Below are positions 54,888-64,000 of a stretch of 64,000 nt of DNA, piece after piece (positions within the stretch are counted from its first letter, which is position 1; every line of letters starts with the position of its first letter). The stretch covers positions 82,708,001 to 82,772,000 of the forward strand of contig NC_043004.1 of NCBI RefSeq assembly GCF_006345805.1. The letters are read 5' to 3'. A program made the translations under genes and the position numbers. The notes beneath the pieces are model-generated. The model did not search any database and was not told where the DNA came from. It saw only the letters and a list, made by a program, of their open reading frames with translations. This stretch comes from Octopus sinensis. Its lineage: Eukaryota.

Positions 54888-55094
54888 TGAGCTGGTAGAA
54901 TCGTGTGCAAGCAAGGAAAATGCTTATTGGTATTTAGTCCGTCTTTACGATCTGCGTTCAAATTCGGCCAGGATCGACTTTAGTTTTGAAAGTTTCAGGC
55001 TCAATGAAATAAGTACCAGTTGGATACTGAGGTTGATATAATCCATTTAATCCCCTTCCTGAAATTGCTGTTTCTGTGTCAGAATTTGGAAACT

Positions 55095-55158
<64 letters not shown>

Positions 55159-55392
55159 GAAAAGAGATGATAACCATTTCTACTAAAGGCACAAGGCCTG
55201 ATATTTGTTGGGAAGGTATTAGTCGATGACATCGAACCCAGAGTTTCATCGGTATTTAATTTAATTTATCCACCCCGAAAGGTTGAAAGGCAAAGTCGAC
55301 GTCGGTGGAATTCGACCTCAGAACGTAACGATGGGCGAAATACAGCTAAGCATTTCGTCCAGCTTGCTAACGATTCTGCCAGCTCGCTACCT
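54888..55392. mobile_element. Two SINE family A copies in inverted arrangement around (TTA)n
   Basis: GTGAGCTGGTAGAATCG head (+) and GATTCTGCCAGCTCGC head (-). Confidence 0.75.
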
Positions 55393-55932
55393 TATTAACA
55401 ATAACAATAAAGATAACACCACAAGCAGAACAACAATATAAATATAATAATAATCAAATATTAAACATCAGCATATGGAGAAAATTAGTTTTATGAGTAT
55501 ACTCCATTAAGTGTGGACTCTACTCAATAAATATACACGAATTAAGTGAATTTTCGATTAATGGGTGATAGAATATTATATGGAAATGATGTAAATTAAT
55601 ACTAATGTACAATGTATGATTAATTTTGTCCATACATACAATAGTGCTACTCACATAGCACACATCTTACTTATAATCAGATACGCAAAGAAACACGCAC
55701 ACTCACACACATACACACACCTTCATAAGCGTATAGTGAGTGTTGGCTATGAAGAAAAGCTCCCGGGGTTAGGTAAAACAAAATACAGACAGATCACTTA
55801 ATTTATGATTTTTATTCAACATATTCCCCTCTCAGAATCACACATTTCTTGCTGCGATCTTTAGTTACCCTAAATCTTTTAAATGATCTCGGAAGGTTTG
55901 CCCTTCAATCGGGCCTTTTGCTATACTCTTAA

Positions 55933-55996
<64 letters not shown>

Positions 55997-56443
55997 TACA
56001 CACACACACACATATATAGGCGCAGGCGTGGCTCTATGGTAAGAATTTTACTTCTGAACCACATGTTTCGAAGTTCATTCCCACTACGTAACACCTTAGA
56101 CAAATGCCTTCTAGTTGAGCCTCAGGACCACGAAAGATTTCAGAATTGATTTCGTAGATGGAAAGTGAAGAAGCCATATATATATATGTATGTATATATA
56201 GGTTAGGTGTGTCTTTTTAGAACGTATAAGAGTACAAATAGAGTTCGTTCACCCTTACAATTCCAATATAGCCGGTAGTATTCTTATGGTATGCTAGGCT
56301 TAGGTATTCCTCGTGTGTGAAAATAAAAAGTAAAAAGTAAAAGAGACAAAAGTAAGTGTAAGTACGGTTAGACAGCTTTTTCATCGCTACAAATGTTTCG
56401 GTGCATACAGAAGTCTAGATAAAATCATTTAACGATTTACCTC

Positions 56444-56574
<131 letters not shown>

Positions 56575-56639
56575 GAGAGAGAGAGAGAAATATTAAAATT
56601 ACTAAGTCTCTCTAAAGGAGATTACGGCAGCGTTACTGG

Positions 56640-56900
56640 AAATTAATAATTATCGCCATACTAATGTGGCAGTCTTATGAATATAAGACTAAAGCTGTCG
56701 CTGATTAGCTCCAAGAGGCCACCGCCTCTAGCTAGCTATTTGACACACAACCTGCGTCCATTACAAACCTTCGAACAGGGGAGGGCAGCCGCTTCATCCC
56801 GCTAGTCAGACAGCTGCAGACATGTTTCAGGGTTGTTGCCCTTTATCAATGCAGCGTAGTCAGACCCGCAGGTGTCGCTACCGACCGTCTCTGTTCGAAG
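56640..56900 (-). mobile_element. Penelope-like relic, paralog of 37580-37860, with decayed hammerhead (56814-56854)
   Basis: Minus strand: CTGCA-TTGATAA-AGGG..CCCT-GAAACATGTC-TGCAG. Confidence 0.5.
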
Positions 56901-56910
56901 ATTTTATTTA

Positions 56911-56945
<35 letters not shown>

Positions 56946-57194
56946 TCAGGTGATACTCAGTTGGCGTCTAAGTAAGCAAGTTTAGATTGCCATCGCCTGA
57001 GGAGATACATATAGATCTTCTTATACAAGTAAATCGTTAAATAATTTAATTGAAACGTAAACTTAACTTTAAATCCTGTATATACAAGGATCTATATGTA
57101 TCGAAAACTTTCTAGCGATTGAAAAGCTGCCTAACCGTACTTAGTGTTGCTTTCGACTCCTCATTTTTACTTTATAGTAAGTATGAATGCATAT

Positions 57195-57245
<51 letters not shown>

Positions 57246-57249
<4 letters not shown>

Positions 57250-57665
57250 AGGAGTGGCTGCGTGGTAAGTAGCTTGCTTACCAACCACCTGGTTCTGGGT
57301 TCAGTCCCACTGCGTGGCAGATTGGGCATGTAACCTCTACTATAGCCTCGGACAGACCAAAGCCTTGTGAGTGGATTTAGTAGACGGAAACTGAAGGAAG
57401 CCGTCATATATATGTATATGTATGTATATATATATATATATATGTGTGTCTGTATGTGTTTGTTTGTGTGCCTCAGTCCCCCCCAACATCGCTTGACGAC
57501 CGATGCTGGTGTGTTTACGTCCCCGTAAAAGAGACTGATAGAATAAGTACTAGGCTTACAAAGAATAAGTCCTTGGGTCGATTTGCTCCACTAAAGGTGG
57601 TACTCCAGCATGGCCGCTGTTAAATGACTGAAACAGGTAAAAGAGTAAAGAGTAAAGAGTAAGAG
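57246..57665 (+). mobile_element. SINE family B, near full length
   Basis: GCGCAGGAGTGGCTGCGTGG head, B box and tail. Confidence 0.85.
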
Positions 57666-57878
57666 AATATATATATATATATATATATACATACATGCAT
57701 GTAAGTATGTGTGTAAGTGTGTGTATGTGTATACGCACACATTCATTTTAATTATTTGTGTATGTATTCAACAGTAGTCACAATATACATTAATGAATAT
57801 TGCTTCATTATTGGAAAGAGTTAGAAACTAACTTTCCCTGAACAAACATTTACAAGATCACATTATTTTTCAATTTGG

Positions 57879-57953
<75 letters not shown>

Positions 57954-58345
57954 GGAAGTAAATAAATTCTGTATTTGCTATATTTATTTAGTTTTCCCTA
58001 TTGTGACAAGCATATATTAGAAAGTAATATTTGTTAAACGGTAACATCTTCAGGCCTCTGAATAAACGTAAATTTTAGTAAACCGGAAAGATTCTATTGA
58101 AAATTCATCAGAGGTTTGTACCAGGACCATTTGGATGAATTGAAAGGAATTTAATCAATATACTAATTGATTCATATTTCGATATTTATATTATTTCTGC
58201 ACGAGTGTAAGCAATCTAGTAGTTCGATAGCCTGCGCAGTAAGAAGTAAACGGCACGTGAGCTAGGTGTATTATACCAGAACTTAAAACGAAGAAGGCGG
58301 ATTGTGAAAAACAAAACCCAAAAAATCAAGGATCCAAAAGAAAGA

Positions 58346-59281
58346 ATGTTCCTAAAACTACTGGAATTTCATGGAAAAATGCATGATTTGAAAAGAAAAG
58401 CTACGAAAATCTCACACCTGAAATCAGTTGAATTTAAAACAATATGTTTGCAAATTTTATGCAGATTGCTTTGTATATATTTGGTTATAAACCCCATTCT
58501 ACAAATTTATGGTTTAATTCAACTGGACTCTATTACAGGAGATAAAGCATTTGCGTATATTTATATAATATGGTTTCGAAGTACCATATCTCTCCATATT
58601 ATCTTGAAACTGCTCATCCCAGGGAAAAACACTCATCTAATTGAATTATTCAGAGAAATTAAACTAGACGACGGCGAGGAAGAGTTTTATAACAGTAATG
58701 TTATATTTTCATTTATGACACTATCAATATTCAGTATTCTCTTAACTATTTGGAATATAATTATTGAGGCCATTTTACCAATTTTGAGTACGGATTTGCT
58801 GAATTTCGCTACATATGCTCTACCTATGAAGAATATACATCAAATAAAGGTTTTCATAATACAGGTTGTATTAAACATCATCGCACTTGAATTCTCTATA
58901 TTTGATGTTTACATAAACTTTATAATCGCATTTGCACTTACTTATGAGTTTAATAAATTGGCGAAAAGGGTTCAAAGATATGTAAAGGAAAAGCAAGCAG
59001 ACAATCAGTTTTTCTTCAACGTCGACAGAGATATTACAGAAATATGTAACGCGCACGACACGCTTAATACAATGCTGGGATTACTAAATCAGTCAATATG
59101 GTGTGAATCTGGATGTATTGCACTTAGTTCTATTATTAACTGCTGTATCTCAACTTACGGCATTATAAACGATTCATTCAAAAATAACACCTATATATTC
59201 ATTTATATAACACTACTGACTTGCGCTGGCTTCTTAAATTTGATGTTCATGTTTTGGCTTGGAATTCGTTTAAATAAATCG
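58346..59281 (+). CDS. GR-like chemoreceptor exon copy 9 (most divergent), intact frame
   Basis: 312 codons from the first ATG (frame open from 58250). YEFNKLAK, DITEICNAHDTL, CCISTYGIIN, WLGIRLNKS|GTAAGT. Confidence 0.75.
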
Positions 59282-59849
59282 GTAAGTTTCTTTTCAAAAT
59301 AATAGATTCCTATTATATGTAAATTTTCCTGTAAATTTAAAAGACTTCATATCAGTGCGCATTTAAGGAGTTTTGTCTTGTAATATAATTTATAAAATAC
59401 ATCTTTGTTTGATTAGAGTAACGTGACTGTAATACATTTATTCCCTGATATTGTGATGCATGCAACGCTTGAAAATGAATTTACTGTTCTAATTTTGCGA
59501 CTTCCAATACGACAATCTTTGTTTTATGTTGTGTAATTCCATTTAAAGCTACATTCCTATTCAGCACATATGAGATATAATTCTAGCAGAAATCTATAAT
59601 GATCATAAAAAACTATACGGAAGACAGCACTTTTGCCTGCCCCATAATTTCAGTAAGAAAAGTAGAGTTTTCTACAACACTAGAAATAGGTAGGCAAAAA
59701 TTGAAGGATGCCTGTCTCTCTCTCTCTCTCACTCTGTATATATATATATATATAATACACAGCTTTATTTTGAGATTGCTAGTGTTAAACAATACTCGCA
59801 AATAAAATACAGACTAGTGTTGTACTGCTACAAGTGAGCTATATTCCAT

Positions 59850-59990
59850 TTCTTAATTTCAACGGAGGTAATGCAAGCAGAAACTAGAGGAACATAATTA
59901 AGATCCACACTCGAAAATCAGATAAATACTTATATTCATATATTCTTCCATTATTACAAAACGGATATATAAATTCCAAATATATAGATA

Positions 59991-60029
<39 letters not shown>

Positions 60030-60050
60030 CACACATACATACATACATAC

Positions 60051-60119
<69 letters not shown>

Positions 60120-60147
60120 TATATATGGATAGATAGATAGATAGATT

Positions 60148-60224
<77 letters not shown>

Positions 60225-60809
60225 AACAGTGAATTTACATTTGAAAGTTATAAAACTTTGCTGTAATTAAACATTTGTGATGATAAGACTTTAAAAGGAG
60301 TATTTAAATCCTCCTAAAAATAATACAACAATTTAATACAAAGAATTAACGTTCCATCTACGGGGAGTTTCAGAGCTGTGCCAAGTAATATGATATATTT
60401 CCTATTTTCAAAACTTACACTCCCTTTATTAGGATGTTTTTACACGCAATATACGAAAACAAATGCAGAAATACTATTATACAATTACCAGTCATCTGTG
60501 TTGCGTTATGACATTGCACTAACAACCTTTATAGTTATCTAATATTACCTAATTAGCATATACTCCAAAAAGTATGGTAAAGTTCATATGTTAATTTCCA
60601 CCCAGACGAATCCATTATTACACTTTAATTATATTCCCATGTTTTTATGAAATTAGGTAATATTTTTATATCTATATATTTGGAAGTTATATATCAGTTT
60701 TGTAGATATGGAAGAATATATGAATATATGTATGCATTTGATTTTCGAGTGTGGATCTTAATTATGTACCTCTAGTTTCCACTTGCATTGCCTCCGCTGA
60801 AATTAAGAA
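59850..60809. repeat. Long inverted repeat (~150-bp arms), foldback/MITE-like
   Basis: TTCTTAATTTCAACGGAGGTAATGCAAG..GATCCACACTCGAAAATC.. at 59850- is the reverse complement of ~60660-60809. Confidence 0.75.
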
Positions 60810-60811
60810 GT

Positions 60812-60943
<132 letters not shown>

Positions 60944-61236
60944 TATACACATATACATATATATGTACATTTATATATACATAGACATATATACACACAC
61001 ATACACACATATATAGGGCGCCCCGAAAGTTAGGCAACGGAAATTTTCGGCTTTAACAACTATCACTGATGTTGCTGGTTCAATGCGAATGGAATTAGAT
61101 ATGTTGACAGGCATAGTTTCATGAAATGACATATCCACTACTACTAAGTGTAGTATTTAAACACTACATAAAATATAAGTAGCTGACAGGCAGTGGGACT
61201 GAACCTACAACCCTGCGGTTGGAAAGCAAGATTCTT

Positions 61237-63116
61237 TATTTCATCACATTTGCCATAAAGGCATAATACAGATATAAGCTCGCAGGCTGGACACAAACAG
61301 ATTGATGATGATGGAATGAAAAAAGAGAAGGTTGGTGGGGGAGCAGCCAATGACCGCCGATTGTTACTTCCCGATAACATTGTTTTTTTTTTAAAAACAC
61401 AAATGAGGTATTGAACCTCTTACACCAGTTACAAATTGAGGCCCTGGGCCTCTTACCAACCAAGGTTCAGCAAATATATTCAACCAAAATCACCAAGTTC
61501 AAATCGAGGCACTAAGACCTCTTATGCTACCTCCCCGAATAGGTCCCTTGCCGCCTGCAGGCAAGCCAGCAATCGCAAGCCCCATAAGAGATAATTGTAT
61601 TCATCCTCGTTAAAGGAGTCTGTAGAAATAATTTTACGCCATGACCTCCGCAGCCAACTTCGGAGGCCAATCCGGGCTTTCAATACAGGGGAGGACTGCT
61701 TGTTCCCGGCCTTCTAGATTCCTCACAAAGTTCTCTCAAGAAAGATCACAAATTTCTCATTTATTATACTTGGAGGGGAAACAGTTTCCTCCGTCTGTGG
61801 CAAAATTCCCACCGATGAGGTTTCAGGACATGCCGGCACAGTATTGCTAACCACCGGCACTCTCCCATTCTTTTACCGGAGTATCACCCCCCCCCCCTCC
61901 ACAGCTTTGGGGTCCTTCCGTGAGCAACCATTGTTGCCCATCTTCTTACATTTTACCCTTTTTTACGGGGAGGTCTTTACCTCCACAACTAACAGCATTT
62001 CTCCCTCCGGAGGAAGAGGGAGAGCTTTTCCACAGCCAACTGTTCCAGGACCCCATTGGGGACAGTTTTTTTTAATGTGGCCCAGTTCCAGGTTCAGGTG
62101 ACACTTGGTTCGGGACATCCTTCAAGTGTCACCGGGTACCTGCAACCGGCCATTTTCAAAAAATCTAGAAAGACCAGATTTTTGACTAATTGGGTCCAGA
62201 GGGTCTATACAGCTTTTGACCCAACCCAATCAGCCGCCGGCAAAATTTGAACATTAAGCAGCTTGGATCCGCTGCCACCCAATCCCCGGCGGATAGTATA
62301 CTCTATCTATTGGGGTTCAATCCCGGGTGGCAGCCCGCGCTCTAAGGGCTGGCTCGCAAATTTGCGACACCACTCCGGGGTGTCAAATAGCATCCACACC
62401 ATTGCATACTGCACCCACCTTGGAGATGAATTTAATAGTTGGCGAATACTCTGCCAATTCTTTTTCGATTTGCGTCTTTTTAGAGGGCGATGGTGTCAAG
62501 CGACTTCGAGTAAGTCCTTAACACCACCGTCCTCTCTTCAAAGTCTTTCATCCACTGTTTCTGTTGGACAATCTCTCAGTACAACGTAATGTTTTTTTTT
62601 ATCTTTTTTGCCATGTTTTTTTAGAAAAAAAGTTCACAGCAAACAAAAATTCAGAGTAAAAAAAACACAAAAATGTAGGAAGGACGGAAGGAAGAAAGAA
62701 GACAAGAAACAGTTCAAAAACACAGCAAACTATTCTGGGTGTCCTGATACTCCTGGCCAAATCGGTAATTCCCTTGGTAATCCTGGGCACAAAACAGTTG
62801 CACAACAATTTCATCAAAAATCGGTAAAAAATAATTACAATTATCGGCGGAGGGATACGCCTCCAAAACACAATTCTCACCGCTAAGTGAGACATTAAAC
62901 ACAACAACAGGCAGGCAAATACCCGGAACTCAGTGGATATTTCTTGCTCGACAAAATAATTAGACACGAGCAACAACAACCCCCCCCACTGAATCCCCCC
63001 CCAAAACAAATGTCTCACCTTGTACTTGTGCTTCCCTTGTTCAATAATTCACGACGTTAGTATTGTGACTCCTAGCAGTGCAAAAAAAAAAAAAACACTG
63101 ACCAATGCATGCGCGG
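61237..63116 (-). mobile_element. Internally deleted, degraded L1/Tx1 element inserted in a SINE B head
   Basis: EERTVVLRTY (cf. EKRTVVFKTF) and GHIKKNCP knuckle. 3' end TATTTCAT....TTTGCCAT matches the 21.4-kb element. TSD 61222-61236 / 63117-63131 (3 mismatches). Confidence 0.72.
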
Positions 63117-63424
63117 GGAAGCAAACTTCTTACCACATAGCCACACCTGCTTACTGCAGATTCTTACTACGGCGCAACACTTGCGCCTATTTGTATAAAC
63201 ATCGCTTTGAAATTAGAGCAATTTCATTTTACTGATATTAATTACATATCTCGGTTGAGTTACTCTAGTAGCTATTGTCTATTACTAATGAAACAGCCAT
63301 TGAGCGTTATTTAATTGTGAAATGTTCGTCAAATTTGAAATTTTATGCTTTATAGCAAATATATAGAGCCCAAAATGATGATTGTTCAATCTGTTTATGA
63401 ATATAATTGGATTATGAATAATTT

Positions 63425-63674
<250 letters not shown>

Positions 63675-64000
63675 CAGTTGCGGCCAAAATGTTCAGAACG
63701 GTATTGTTTTCGCCAGAAAAGTAGGTATAAGTTTTTATCAAAGTTGTTTTATATTCTATAATTTTCACAGACAATAAATACAATATTATTTGTTATTGTC
63801 TGAGATTTTTCTTGTAATTTGAGAGGATAATACAAAAGTTATGGATGATTTAGTGATTTACTGCAAAACCCATGGCGGCCAAAATGATCAGAAAGGTTGC
63901 TTTTACTCCATTTTTTCGTATATTTAACCGGCGAACTCTAATGTTTTGAGTGTGTTTACGTGACGGTTCGTTTAGTAAGAATATCTGCAGTGTACTTTGT

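Overview
AT-rich eukaryotic genomic DNA, dense in microsatellites and repeats. Its SINE families and (TA)n/(AAT)n/(ATCT)n arrays look like octopus (coleoid cephalopod) DNA; this is an inference and the species is not confirmed. The main host feature is a same-strand (+) tandem array of nine paralogous ~950-bp coding exons: six intact (4823, 10149, 32227, 40771, 47168, 58346) and three disrupted (~3001, 18225, 36879). Each encodes about six TM helices with the H-x2-L...N-x2-F...Y pattern of insect gustatory-receptor-like (GR/GRL, 7TM ion-channel) chemoreceptors. Eight of the nine stop at the same phase-0 donor (...G[IV]RLN.S TCG|GTAAG). I found no convincing TM7 exon between copies, which suggests variable first exons spliced to shared constant exon(s) beyond the window, as in Drosophila Gr28b/Gr39a or clustered protocadherins. 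The spacers hold conserved non-coding modules plus CR1/L2-like, L1/Tx1, RTE and R4/Dong LINEs, mariner/Tc1 relics, non-autonomous Helitrons, tRNA-derived SINEs and Penelope-like relics with minimal hammerhead motifs. Two separate L1/Tx1 elements sit at the same site of a SINE tRNA head, which suggests target-site specificity.
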